Source of the DNA: a virus
Lineage: Duplodnaviria; Caudoviricetes
DNA length: 64,000 nt
IMG/VR virus record: IMGVR_UViG_3300002220_000406
Location: 869 to 64,868 of that record
Reading direction: 5' to 3' (one strand)
Shown here: positions 8,940 to 16,484 of the stretch, piece after piece
How the letters are laid out: every line of letters starts with the position of its first letter
How positions within the stretch are numbered: position 1 is the first letter of the stretch
Position numbers and translations under genes: made by a program
Notes under the pieces: generated by a model
The model's database searches: none
Told to the model about the DNA's origin: nothing
What the model saw: only the letters and a program-made list of their open reading frames with translations

Positions 8940-9465
8940 AAAACCACCTCGTGGTGTTGGGCTCCGGGACAAAGTCCGACTCCTGATCAAATGCACCGCA
9001 TATCCACTTGCTTCGATTGTTTACAGTTATATGGAGGTTATTGTCGTCACCCTTGATAAAGTGAAAAATCTTGTATTGCTCAGGAATACTTGCCCAGTTT
9101 TGAGTCCCAAAATTCAGGCTGAACAGGTAGGTGCCGGTGTGTATGTCATTACCCGCAGATCGGAACTCGACCGTCCAGTTTTGCACAAACGGCAAAACAA
9201 CTGTCTCGGCCTCGTTGCTGAGACTGTCCCATGGGCACACATCAATATTCTCAAAGGCGTCAGGGTCGAAACAGATGGCGTGTGGAGGCACATAGCAGAA
9301 CATTGCACCGGCTTCGGTCAAGACCATCAGCTTAGGAGCTTCGTTTAAACATGCCTGTATTGCCACGATAAAGCCCCTCTGAGCACCTTTTGGTCGTGAT
9401 GCCTGGGCAAGGTACCTGTTCCGAATAAAAACAGGTGTGAAAGGTGTGGCTATCAAATTGTTCAT
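8929..9465 (-). CDS. hypothetical protein (178 aa)
   Basis: Long ORF with normal protein composition in a minus-strand run. Confidence 0.7.
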   Translation of the reverse strand: MNNLIATPFTPVFIRNRYLAQASRPKGAQRGFIVAIQACLNEAPKLMVLTEAGAMFCYVPPHAICFDPDAFENIDVCPWDSLSNEAETVVLPFVQNWTVEFRSAGNDIHTGTYLFSLNFGTQNWASIPEQYKIFHFIKGDDNNLHITVNNRSKWICGAFDQESDFVPEPNTTRWFCEP

Positions 9466-9540
9466 ATTTGCGTTTAGAGGCGTTCTGAGCAGGTTTTAGA
9501 TCAAAAGGCTACCCTACCCCTATTTAACTCCAAAAACGGC

Positions 9541-9762
9541 TTAGAGAGCCTCTAATGAGCCAACAAGGTATGGTGAGGGTTTTGCCACGGGCATATAAGC
9601 CAAAACTTCCGACTTGTGGAAGCCTTGCGTCCAATAACCATTGCGGAACTGGGCATGAGACACCACAAGGCCCCTGTCCCCAACCCACGTGACCCAATAG
9701 TCGCCTTCAGTGTCCGGTGTCGCTCCCGGTGTCCAAAATGTCGTCCCAGTCTTCGTCTTCAT
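9541..9762 (-). CDS. hypothetical protein, DUF551-like (W...P...G.Y.V...AYMP..KP)
   Basis: Motif pattern typical of small phage DUF551-type proteins. Confidence 0.5.
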   Translation of the reverse strand: MKTKTGTTFWTPGATPDTEGDYWVTWVGDRGLVVSHAQFRNGYWTQGFHKSEVLAYMPVAKPSPYLVGSLEAL

Positions 9763-9904
9763 TGAAATCAATTTTTAAAATCACGCAATAAGGCAGCAAG
9801 ATCTCGCCCACCACAGACGCAAGGCGTTTGAGCGTCTCGTCGTCAGGTGCGTGATTCGCTATCACGTCAAAGGCCTCGATTATTTCCTGTGCCTCATCAT
9901 CCAT
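9707..9904 (-). CDS. acidic hypothetical protein (65 aa), probably leaderless
   Basis: MDDEAQEIIEAFD...; ATG at 9904 lies 6 nt after TGTTACAAT. Confidence 0.6.
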   Translation of the reverse strand: MDDEAQEIIEAFDVIANHAPDDETLKRLASVVGEILLPYCVILKIDFNEDEDWDDILDTGSDTGH

Positions 9905-9910
9905 ACGAAA

Positions 9911-9919
9911 ATTGTAACA
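9911..9919 (-). promoter_or_regulatory. extended -10 promoter (leaderless)
   Basis: Minus strand TGtTACAAT, 6 nt, ATG. Confidence 0.55.
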
Positions 9920-9958
9920 TATTAGGCGAAAAACCAACAATAAAAGCGATACCCTGAA

Positions 9959-10160
9959 AAAATGAGCCTCTTCCTTTCAAAAACAGGCATTGGTAGGGGT
10001 ACTACGGGGGCACCGCAAAATGAGCCTCTCCGTTTGAAAATCGGCATTGGGTGGGGGTACTGGGGTGTAGCGGAAAATGAGCCTCTCCTTTCAGAATTTG
10101 GGGTTGGTACTGGTACTACGGGGTACCAGAAAATGAGCCTCTTCTTTTCAAAAATGGGCA
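9959..10160. repeat. degenerate tandem repeat, 4 copies, period 56-58 bp
   Basis: AAAATGAGCCTCT at 9959, 10017, 10074 and 10130, each followed by related TTT(C/G)A(A/G)AA..GGCA(TTGG)...GGTACT..GGG sequence; non-coding gap. Confidence 0.9.
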
Positions 10161-10389
10161 TACCACCCACCCACCACCACCCACCCGAGCCTCCGATCTG
10201 GTCTCCGAGAGCCTCCGAGCCGTCTCGATCTGACCCGAGCCCAGAGCCTCGAGGCTCGTATCTCCGAGACGCACTGCCAGTCCTCGAGCCAGATCTGCGA
10301 GGGCTCGAGCTCGTATCTCCGAGGGCAACGCTGCAATCCCTCGAGCGTCCTATCTCCGAGACGGAAGGATAGCCGGCTAACCTATCGGC

Positions 10390-10422
10390 AAAGAGAAAGG
10401 GCTGAGGACGAATCCCCAGCCC
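10390..10422 (-). terminator. rho-independent terminator ending the leftward early operon
   Basis: Minus strand GGGCTGGGGA-TTCG-TCCTCAGCCC followed by TTTCTCTTT; UUCG tetraloop. Confidence 0.8.
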
Positions 10423-10446
10423 ACAGCCCTCGAGGTTGAGAGCGAT

Positions 10447-10650
10447 CTATGCGCGCTCCCAGTACTTGCGGATGCGGTCACCCCAGATAATTGTGGGGCA
10501 CATAGTGTCCAGCCGTGAGTAGCACGCCCGAACGATTGGGACGTGAATCTTACAGACCCAGTCCACCAACCGCTCCGATCTGAGAGCCGAGACGAGCCAG
10601 AGAAGGTGGAGCGTGCCGATGTACGCCCCGAGCAGTATGTGCTTTGTCAC
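10447..10650 (-). CDS. hypothetical protein with hydrophobic N-terminus (67 aa)
   Basis: GTG start with GGAGG RBS; last gene before the terminator. Confidence 0.6.
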   Translation of the reverse strand: MTKHILLGAYIGTLHLLWLVSALRSERLVDWVCKIHVPIVRACYSRLDTMCPTIIWGDRIRKYWERA

Positions 10651-11075
10651 TCTGCCACCTCCGAGAACTCCTCATACGGAAAGCTATCGTCACCCTCGAG
10701 CACGATCTCCGAGGGCTCACCGACCACGGAGAGGCACGAGGGAGCCTCGAGCCTCGCCCACTGATAGATCGCCCCCTCGATGGTCTCGCAGTCCGTCACG
10801 TCGACCTCAACAAAGAACCGACACGGCACAGTGAAAACGACCCTCATAACACCCGAGGGTGGAGCCTCGAGCCTCGAGAAGGGCTCAGCCAATCCGAGCA
10901 GACTCTCGAGGGCGTTCCGGACTTCGGGAGCGAGCACACGCCACGCATCCTCGTCTGGGTATCCGTCTCTGTCTGCGGTGTAGTTGGCGAATTTCTCGCC
11001 AAGCTCCGAGAGCCACCAATTAGCCGTCATTCTCGCCTTTTCGGCTCTGTCCGAATCTAACGCTGCATTTATCAT
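10647..11075 (-). CDS. acidic early protein (142 aa); C-terminal part weakly resembles the small beta-beta-alpha family
   Basis: GGAGG RBS; RVVFTVPCRFFVEVDVTDCETIEGAI pattern. Confidence 0.65.
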   Translation of the reverse strand: MINAALDSDRAEKARMTANWWLSELGEKFANYTADRDGYPDEDAWRVLAPEVRNALESLLGLAEPFSRLEAPPSGVMRVVFTVPCRFFVEVDVTDCETIEGAIYQWARLEAPSCLSVVGEPSEIVLEGDDSFPYEEFSEVAE

Positions 11076-11368
11076 TTTTCACCTCCGAATTTAACCACAC
11101 GCTGAAGAAACGCCACCGAGGGCACATAGTACCACTGGGGCTCGCCACACTCGCATTCGCAATCCCACCCAGCCATCCAATGACCGCAAGGTGGACGCTT
11201 GACCAGATCCCACCCGAGCCTCCGCTTCGAGCGGTTGCCCCGACCCAGTTCTGCGACCCGAGCCAGTGGTCTATCATCACTCAGCACCTCCGCAGACTTA
11301 GCCACGGCAACCTCTGCCGAGAGTCCGCACTTCATCAGCGCACAGGCAAACTTACGAAATCTGCTCAT
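11072..11368 (-). CDS. early hypothetical protein (98 aa, Cys-rich C-terminus)
   Basis: GGAGG RBS; CGH...CECECG motif. Confidence 0.6.
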   Translation of the reverse strand: MSRFRKFACALMKCGLSAEVAVAKSAEVLSDDRPLARVAELGRGNRSKRRLGWDLVKRPPCGHWMAGWDCECECGEPQWYYVPSVAFLQRVVKFGGEK

Positions 11369-11558
11369 CCTTCACCTCCCAAGCCTCTCCGACTTCATAC
11401 TCATTGAAAACCTTGACCGAGCACCTATCCACCAACTCGTACAAGTGCCCATCCTCGTCAGCCTGTTCCACCAGCTTCTGGGCATCCTCGGCTGAGTCCG
11501 CTTCGACCTCGAGCTTGTGTGACTCGTACAGATCGAGCTCAACTAGAAACTTTGGCAT
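11352..11558 (-). CDS. small acidic beta-beta-alpha protein (DpnD/PcfM-like family member)
   Basis: MPKFLVELDLYESHKLEVEADSAEDAQKLV matches the repeated family motif; GGAGG RBS. Confidence 0.7.
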   Translation of the reverse strand: MPKFLVELDLYESHKLEVEADSAEDAQKLVEQADEDGHLYELVDRCSVKVFNEYEVGEAWEVKDEQIS

Positions 11559-11688
11559 CTTTCACCTCCTTGCGAAGTCTCTGGACTTCACGCACACGCT
11601 CCACCTGTTTGCGCTTATAGCCGACAGGGTCGAGCTTAGCCTCCCGAGCCTCTCGCACGAGTTGCTCGAACAAATCCTTGCTATTCAT
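11539..11688 (-). CDS. first gene of the leftward early operon (49 aa, helical)
   Basis: AGGAGG RBS, ATG at 11688, downstream of a TTGACA promoter. Confidence 0.65.
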   Translation of the reverse strand: MNSKDLFEQLVREAREAKLDPVGYKRKQVERVREVQRLRKEVKDAKVSS

Positions 11689-11725
11689 AGTTCCTCCTAA
11701 ATGCCCGAAAGAGTCGGACAAGGTG

Positions 11726-11754
11726 ACAGTATCAACCAAGGGCTGTTATGTCAA
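11726..11754 (-). promoter_or_regulatory. leftward early sigma70 promoter
   Basis: TTGACA, 17 bp, TACTGT with extended TG; shares ATTGACATAACA with the rightward promoter at 12850. Confidence 0.75.
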
Positions 11755-12239
11755 TCTCCGAGAACGACCCGAGCAAGGCTCTCCGCTTCAACTCGGGGGA
11801 GGGGGTTCTCTCGAGGGAGATCTGCGTGGAAGTGTTGAAACAGATTCACAAGTAAGTTCCGGATACCATCACGCAAAGCAGCCTCGGAAGATATGGAGGT
11901 CGGCTGAGCCGTCTCGAGGCGGTGTGTGTTCTGTAGAACGCTCAAGAGGTTAGGCAGAACTCCGTCCTTGATGTCCCGAGCTTTTAGCTTTTCGTTAATG
12001 ATCTCCGAAACGAGGTATCGGTTTTCTTCGTTGATTGTGGCGAAGTCTCGCACCTTCCTGTCTGCTAGGAGCAGTATCTCGGGCGTGACTGTTTCGGGCG
12101 TAAGTCTGGTTACTGTGTCACGGCTTACCCCGTGCCTAGTGGCTATATGTTCTTGTGTGGATATTTGCAGATATTTCTCCGCCAGAATCTCCGCCTTGGC
12201 TTGGTCGCTGAGGTTATGGTCTCCCTTATTGCGTCCCAT
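11751..12239 (-). CDS. putative terminase small subunit (N-terminal HTH)
   Basis: HTH-like TQEHIATRHGVSRDTVTRL, helical middle, RLETAQPTSI motif; size and late-type context fit TerS. Confidence 0.55.
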   Translation of the reverse strand: MGRNKGDHNLSDQAKAEILAEKYLQISTQEHIATRHGVSRDTVTRLTPETVTPEILLLADRKVRDFATINEENRYLVSEIINEKLKARDIKDGVLPNLLSVLQNTHRLETAQPTSISSEAALRDGIRNLLVNLFQHFHADLPRENPLPRVEAESLARVVLGD

Positions 12240-12515
12240 TTAGAAGTTTATGACCCCGAACTTTTTCGGCTTTGTGTGAGTCTTTACGAGCTGGTCTATT
12301 AGTGCGAGGAGTCGAAGGTTTACCACTTCGTAATCGGTGGCTTTTTGGGTTGCCTTGCCCAGTTCGACCTTTAGCTCGACTATTACCTCGTCACGAGCTT
12401 TTAAAGCCCCCTCGAGGGCTTCAATGAGCGTGTCTCGGGCATCGGGCTGGCTTGTCTGGGCATTGACCAGTACAGGGGCGAATAGAAGCAATGCGGTTAA
12501 GGTCAAGGTTTTCAT
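12240..12515 (-). CDS. exported coiled-coil protein, spanin-like (outer component candidate)
   Basis: Signal peptide MKTLTLTALLLFAPVLVNA|Q, coiled coil, overlapped with an upstream TM/coiled-coil gene. No lipobox Cys seen. Confidence 0.45.
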   Translation of the reverse strand: MKTLTLTALLLFAPVLVNAQTSQPDARDTLIEALEGALKARDEVIVELKVELGKATQKATDYEVVNLRLLALIDQLVKTHTKPKKFGVINF

Positions 12516-12802
12516 TTTTTCAAGGCTCTCCGAGCTTCGATGACTTTCTGGTCAGCGGTCTTGAGTCTGGTGTCGATCGCTTCGAGCTTTGCCTCGAGGC
12601 GTGCTTCAGACTGGCTGACCTTGGCATCGACCAAAGCCTCGACTGCGGAGAGGTCGAGAGGCGGTGGTGGCGGTGCCGGCTTCGAGCATTTAGCCGAAAA
12701 GAAGACCACAACAAGGACAGCCAGACACAGAACGAGCAGAGCGTTCTGTCGGATGAGGTTAAGAGCGTCGATGCCTATTCGGGCGAGAAGTGCGGTGAAC
12801 AT
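12512..12802 (-). CDS. membrane-anchored coiled-coil protein, spanin-like (inner component candidate)
   Basis: TM segment ALLVLCLAVLVVVFFS, poly-Pro linker, coiled coil. Confidence 0.5.
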   Translation of the reverse strand: MFTALLARIGIDALNLIRQNALLVLCLAVLVVVFFSAKCSKPAPPPPPLDLSAVEALVDAKVSQSEARLEAKLEAIDTRLKTADQKVIEARRALKK

Positions 12803-12807
12803 AAGGC

Positions 12808-12816
12808 ATTATAGCA
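12808..12816 (-). promoter_or_regulatory. extended -10 promoter, leaderless transcript of the spanin-like/terS unit
   Basis: Minus strand TGcTATAAT, 5 nt, ATG (12802); no RBS. Confidence 0.65.
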
Positions 12817-12850
12817 TATTTGCGCTTTTCTTAGAAGTGCTGACTGGGTA

Positions 12851-12880
12851 TTGACATAACAACAAAGAGCCGTTTAAGAT
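12851..12880 (+). promoter_or_regulatory. rightward early sigma70 promoter
   Basis: TTGACA, 18 bp, TAAGAT; GGAGG RBS and ATG at 12900. Confidence 0.75.
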
Positions 12881-12899
12881 GCCTTCGGAGGTTAGACAA

Positions 12900-13268
12900 A
12901 TGACAAATACAAAATTCGATATCACGGCTCAGCGTGGCTGGGTCGATCACCTACCCAGCTCAGCCAAGGGGCATAGCTTCGACCAAGCCCTTCTGGCGAT
13001 AGACTCGGAGGGCACTTCGGTTGGGCGTTTTTGGTGGCGTTGGACTCGAGGGGGCACTTGCCAGTGCATCGTTCAAATAAACGGCATTGGTCGAGGCTAT
13101 GGGAAGGCTGGGGGCTATGGCTACGACAAGAAAGCACAGGCTCTCGACAATGCCCTCGCAAGCGTGGGGATCAAGTGGAAGTCTGCCCACGACATCACGC
13201 CAGATTACGACCTTCAAACGATGTTCGAGGAACTGGACAACAAAGAGGTACAGGTCTACTGGGTCTAG
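12900..13268 (+). CDS. conserved phage early protein (GxGxAGGYGYDK motif)
   Basis: GRGYGKAGGYGYDKKAQALDNAL motif; first gene after the promoter. Confidence 0.75.
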   Translation: MTNTKFDITAQRGWVDHLPSSAKGHSFDQALLAIDSEGTSVGRFWWRWTRGGTCQCIVQINGIGRGYGKAGGYGYDKKAQALDNALASVGIKWKSAHDITPDYDLQTMFEELDNKEVQVYWV

Positions 13269-13297
13269 GGGCATCAGCCCCTACCCTTGGAGGAACA

Positions 13298-13783
13298 ATG
13301 AGAATAGAGAAAAATAAAATGATAACTTTTGAGTCGCTATACCGCCAGTTTGCTGGCGAGTCGGTCTATCTGGGCGAGGTGATGCACGAGCTAGTCTTTG
13401 AGAAGGGCTCGGAGGCGTATCACCCCAGCATCACTTGGACATTCACGCCACCCAACGAAGAAGAGGAGGAGGTGGTCATTGCCCTTGCCATCGAGGGAGA
13501 ACGAGTGACGGATTATTTCGGGGTCTCATCGCTTCCGGCACTGGCGTTAACCTTTTTGAGGGCTCTGGGCTATGACTGCTCAGAGATCGAGGAGAGGGAG
13601 GGGGATATCCCCTCCCCAATCACCTGTGCCGATTGTGGCTCGGGCGATGTCGTGCCACTGGCTGATGCGGTGTGGAACGGCAAGGAAGGACGCTGGAGCG
13701 TTGCGTGGGTCAACACTGAGGGATATTGCAAAGTCTGCGACAAAGACGGAGTGCAGCTAAGGAGGGCTTATGAGGCTATATGA
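13298..13783 (+). CDS. acidic early protein with C-terminal zinc ribbon (family B)
   Basis: GGAGG RBS; CADCGSGDV..LADAVWN....WSV...GYCKVCD. Confidence 0.75.
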   Translation: MRIEKNKMITFESLYRQFAGESVYLGEVMHELVFEKGSEAYHPSITWTFTPPNEEEEEVVIALAIEGERVTDYFGVSSLPALALTFLRALGYDCSEIEEREGDIPSPITCADCGSGDVVPLADAVWNGKEGRWSVAWVNTEGYCKVCDKDGVQLRRAYEAI

Positions 13784-14231
13784 TTTTGTGAAAGAAGACA
13801 GGACTGGGCTTGAGGGGATGCTCAAGACCTTTGCCCGAGCGGAGTGGGACGCTCGGGTGCGGAATGGTGAGACGCTGGACACTCTGGCGTTTTTAACTGA
13901 CCTTGCGGAGGCATTGGACGAGGAATTTTGTTCCGAGCTTGAGGCGGTGATGGTGGGGCTATCTGCCTACACCCACCTCTTCAACCGCTTCATCGAGCAC
14001 TACCTCGACCACGAGCTTTTTTTTGTGCTTGCGGTCGATCTCTGGAAGGCTTGCGGACATAAAGTGCCGGCAATCTGTGCCAAGTGTCACACAGGTGACC
14101 AGCTCGAGCTTTCGGGCGATGTTCGGGTGGTGAACGGCAAGGTCGAGATTATCAAGCTCGACATCCAGTTCTGCAACAACTGTGCGGAGCATACAACAGT
14201 TTTGGGGGTGGATTGTGAGCAGAGAAGATAG
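13770..14231 (+). CDS. acidic early protein with C-terminal zinc ribbon (family B)
   Basis: CAKCHTGDQL......FCNNC. Confidence 0.75.
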   Translation: MRLYDFVKEDRTGLEGMLKTFARAEWDARVRNGETLDTLAFLTDLAEALDEEFCSELEAVMVGLSAYTHLFNRFIEHYLDHELFFVLAVDLWKACGHKVPAICAKCHTGDQLELSGDVRVVNGKVEIIKLDIQFCNNCAEHTTVLGVDCEQRR

Positions 14232-14376
14232 GGAACGACTCGAGGATGCGGTGGAGTTGATTCTCGACAGGGACGGCACAGTGTTGCCGTCTCTGGTCGA
14301 GGATGCAATCCAATGGATTAGGCAAAACGGACTGGTCGAGGAAGCCAGAGCCGAAATTACAAGGAGACAGAAATGA
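14215..14376 (+). CDS. small helical early protein (53 aa)
   Basis: GTG at 14215, overlapped with neighbours. Confidence 0.55.
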   Translation: MSREDRERLEDAVELILDRDGTVLPSLVEDAIQWIRQNGLVEEARAEITRRQK

Positions 14377-14615
14377 AGACTAAAGTGATCTGCACCGATT
14401 GCAAGGGCGAGGATGTGCTTTTAGACACATTGGCGGTATGGAATGTGGAAAAGCAAGACTGGGTCGTGTTCGATGTGGCAGAGCCTAGAGCCTTTTGTAG
14501 GGACTGCGACACGGATGTTGAATGGGATATGGTGGACATCGAGAGCGGTGTCCCCCATCTCGAGAAAGTCATCAGTGATTTTGAGGAGGGAAACAATGGA
14601 CAAGAAACAAATTGA
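14373..14615 (+). CDS. standalone zinc ribbon (family B)
   Basis: CTDCKGEDVLLDTLAVWNVEKQDWVV...AFCRDCD. Confidence 0.75.
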   Translation: MKTKVICTDCKGEDVLLDTLAVWNVEKQDWVVFDVAEPRAFCRDCDTDVEWDMVDIESGVPHLEKVISDFEEGNNGQETN

Positions 14616-14775
14616 ACAGGTCAAGCGAGCGGTCTCCAGTGCGATCTATGCACTCTGGGACGCTTCGATGGTTCCGGAGGGTCATCCGGTAGGCAACAAG
14701 ATAGAATCGGCTCATTCGAGGCTGATAGAGGCAAGGCTGATGCTTAAAAAGCTGGAGGAGGCAAACAATGAATAA
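14596..14775 (+). CDS. small helical early protein (59 aa)
   Basis: GAGGAGG RBS, ATG at 14596. Confidence 0.65.
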   Translation: MDKKQIEQVKRAVSSAIYALWDASMVPEGHPVGNKIESAHSRLIEARLMLKKLEEANNE

Positions 14776-15262
14776 ATACACAGTACTGGCACGGACGATT
14801 ATGACTTACAAGGTCGAGGTTGAGGCAGAGACCGGTGACGATGCTCGAGACAAAATGATTGACCTTTGGGAGCAGTGGGGTACGGAAAAGTTTGCGGCTA
14901 TAGACGAGGAGGATTTTGAGGTGAGAGAAGCCATCGACCAAGGCGAGGTGGTGCTCGAAAAGCAATTGGTCTGCGAGGATTGCAAAAGCTCGGACTTGAC
15001 CCTCGAAGCTGAGGTTCAGTATCAAAACGGCACACTGATTGTCGGCAATCTGATTAGAGCCTTTTGTAACATTTGCGATGACATCTGCAACACGGAGGAA
15101 ATCGTGCCGCTTAAAACTTGGAATGTCTCGTGGTCAGAGCCCCATATCCGATGGGGGGTCAGAGGGGAAACTGCTGAAGAAGCCATACTGATCGCTCAGC
15201 GAGAGGGTCAGAGCGACACTGTCGAAGGACGGCACAACTATTGTGCGTGGGAGGCGGTATGA
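14768..15262 (+). CDS. modular early protein: family A domain + family B zinc ribbon + family A-like domain
   Basis: MNKYTV...YKVEVEAETGDDA; CEDCKSSDL...AFCNICD; KTWNV...VRGETAEEAILIA. Confidence 0.75.
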   Translation: MNKYTVLARTIMTYKVEVEAETGDDARDKMIDLWEQWGTEKFAAIDEEDFEVREAIDQGEVVLEKQLVCEDCKSSDLTLEAEVQYQNGTLIVGNLIRAFCNICDDICNTEEIVPLKTWNVSWSEPHIRWGVRGETAEEAILIAQREGQSDTVEGRHNYCAWEAV

Positions 15263-15597
15263 ACACTGCCACGGACACAGTGATGTTATGGCTGAGAGCG
15301 ACTGGGGAGGAATCCCCAGTTCGCTCCATCGTCAGAGCGTTCTACGATGAGATGAACCAGAACGGATGCGATTACTTCAACGATGGCACGCTGGAGGAGT
15401 TCACGGACAAATACCGCTCAGCGGTTCGAGAAAGGGTCTGGGACGCTTTTCTGGCTCTGGGTCACGACTACGCTGAGCCGGTGACCTATTTGTCCGTCTT
15501 GACAACAAGGGCTGTTTTGTTGCAGTGTGACTGGGCAGTCATCATCCGGCAAGTGGTCGGTGATGAGGGTCTAGTCTTTTTGGAGGTGGGAGAATGA
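15259..15597 (+). CDS. early hypothetical protein (112 aa)
   Basis: GGAGG RBS, ATG at 15259. Confidence 0.7.
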   Translation: MNTATDTVMLWLRATGEESPVRSIVRAFYDEMNQNGCDYFNDGTLEEFTDKYRSAVRERVWDAFLALGHDYAEPVTYLSVLTTRAVLLQCDWAVIIRQVVGDEGLVFLEVGE

Positions 15598-15695
15598 GAT
15601 TTATTTACGGATTAATTGTGACCGCCAGCTTTTTGAGCGGTTTGGCATTGGGGTTTATCGAAGGGCTCAGACACGCTGAGACCCTCTGGAGGTAG
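15594..15695 (+). CDS. 33-aa single-pass membrane peptide (not in the ORF track)
   Basis: ATGA coupling; MRFIYGLIVTASFLSGLALGFIEGLRHAETLWR fills the gap exactly. Confidence 0.6.
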   Translation: MRFIYGLIVTASFLSGLALGFIEGLRHAETLWR

Positions 15696-15697
15696 AA

Positions 15698-16006
15698 ATG
15701 GCAGAGTACAAAATACTGACAAATGAATTTGACCCACAAAGTTTTTTTGTGGAGTACCAGAAACGCTTCGCAGACTATGAGGGCGTGGCACAGATCTCTC
15801 TGGTGGACAGGTCGAAAGGACTGCACACCACGGAAGAACGGCTGCACTTGGTGCGAGTGACCAAGGTACACGATATGTTGGTTCGTGCTTCGTGCATAGA
15901 CCAAGCTGAGGCGATAGCAATAGGTGACCAGACTGGTGCGTGGTCGACTGTCATCTCGACAAATGTGACGGCTAAATTTTTAGGGGAGGATAAGGACAAT
16001 GCCTAA
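15698..16006 (+). CDS. early protein with C-terminal family A-like domain
   Basis: HLVRVTKVHDMLVRASCIDQAEAIA; GGAGG RBS. Confidence 0.7.
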   Translation: MAEYKILTNEFDPQSFFVEYQKRFADYEGVAQISLVDRSKGLHTTEERLHLVRVTKVHDMLVRASCIDQAEAIAIGDQTGAWSTVISTNVTAKFLGEDKDNA

Positions 16007-16484
16007 TTGGTGTAGCAATGAATTTTCGATTGTTGGGTCAGAGACGGACGCAAGGGAGTTTATGCGGAAGCATTTGACCCCAACCACTGACGAAGATACC
16101 GGTCTGCCCAGAACGGACGATAGACACGAAATGGACTTTAATCAGTTCATTCCAGAGCCTAGCGATCTAGGTGAAGGTGGGTGGTATAACTGGCGTATCG
16201 AGAACTGGGGTACGAAATGGCAACCGGCTTTTTTAGTTGCCAATAGACTGAAGGGCATCATCACTATTCAGTGCGAGACTGCTTGGTCTCCACCAAGACC
16301 CATCGCAGAAGCCATCTCCAAAATGTATCCCTTGATGGTGGTCAGACTCCAATACTTTGAGGAGGGAATGGACTACTGGGGCGTTTGCGTGTTCCAAGGT
16401 GGCGAGATGGTTGCCGCAGTATCAGCTGAGGGTGAATGGGAGAAGGACGAGGACTGGATGGAGGTGAGTGATGCCGAGAACTAG
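15999..16484 (+). CDS. YubB/DUF1281-like ferredoxin-fold protein
   Basis: MPNWCSN...DFN..IPEP...WYNWRIENWGTKW...ETAWSPP...YFEEG signature. Confidence 0.8.
   Translation: MPNWCSNEFSIVGSETDAREFMRKHLTPTTDEDTGLPRTDDRHEMDFNQFIPEPSDLGEGGWYNWRIENWGTKWQPAFLVANRLKGIITIQCETAWSPPRPIAEAISKMYPLMVVRLQYFEEGMDYWGVCVFQGGEMVAAVSAEGEWEKDEDWMEVSDAEN

Noticed and set aside
9959-10160. Possible mini-CRISPR array
   Set aside because: The conserved core is only 13 bp, the intervening sequences are related to each other rather than unique spacers, and no cas genes are present.
13266-13283. TAGGGGC-ATCA-GCCCCTA hairpin after the first early gene
   Set aside because: No U-tract. It could be an mRNA processing or stability stem, but there is too little evidence to call it a feature.
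13031-13297. N-terminal 89 aa of the 250-aa ORF 13031-13783
   Set aside because: Overlaps the real 12900-13268 gene in another frame; the strong RBS and ATG at 13298 mark the true start.
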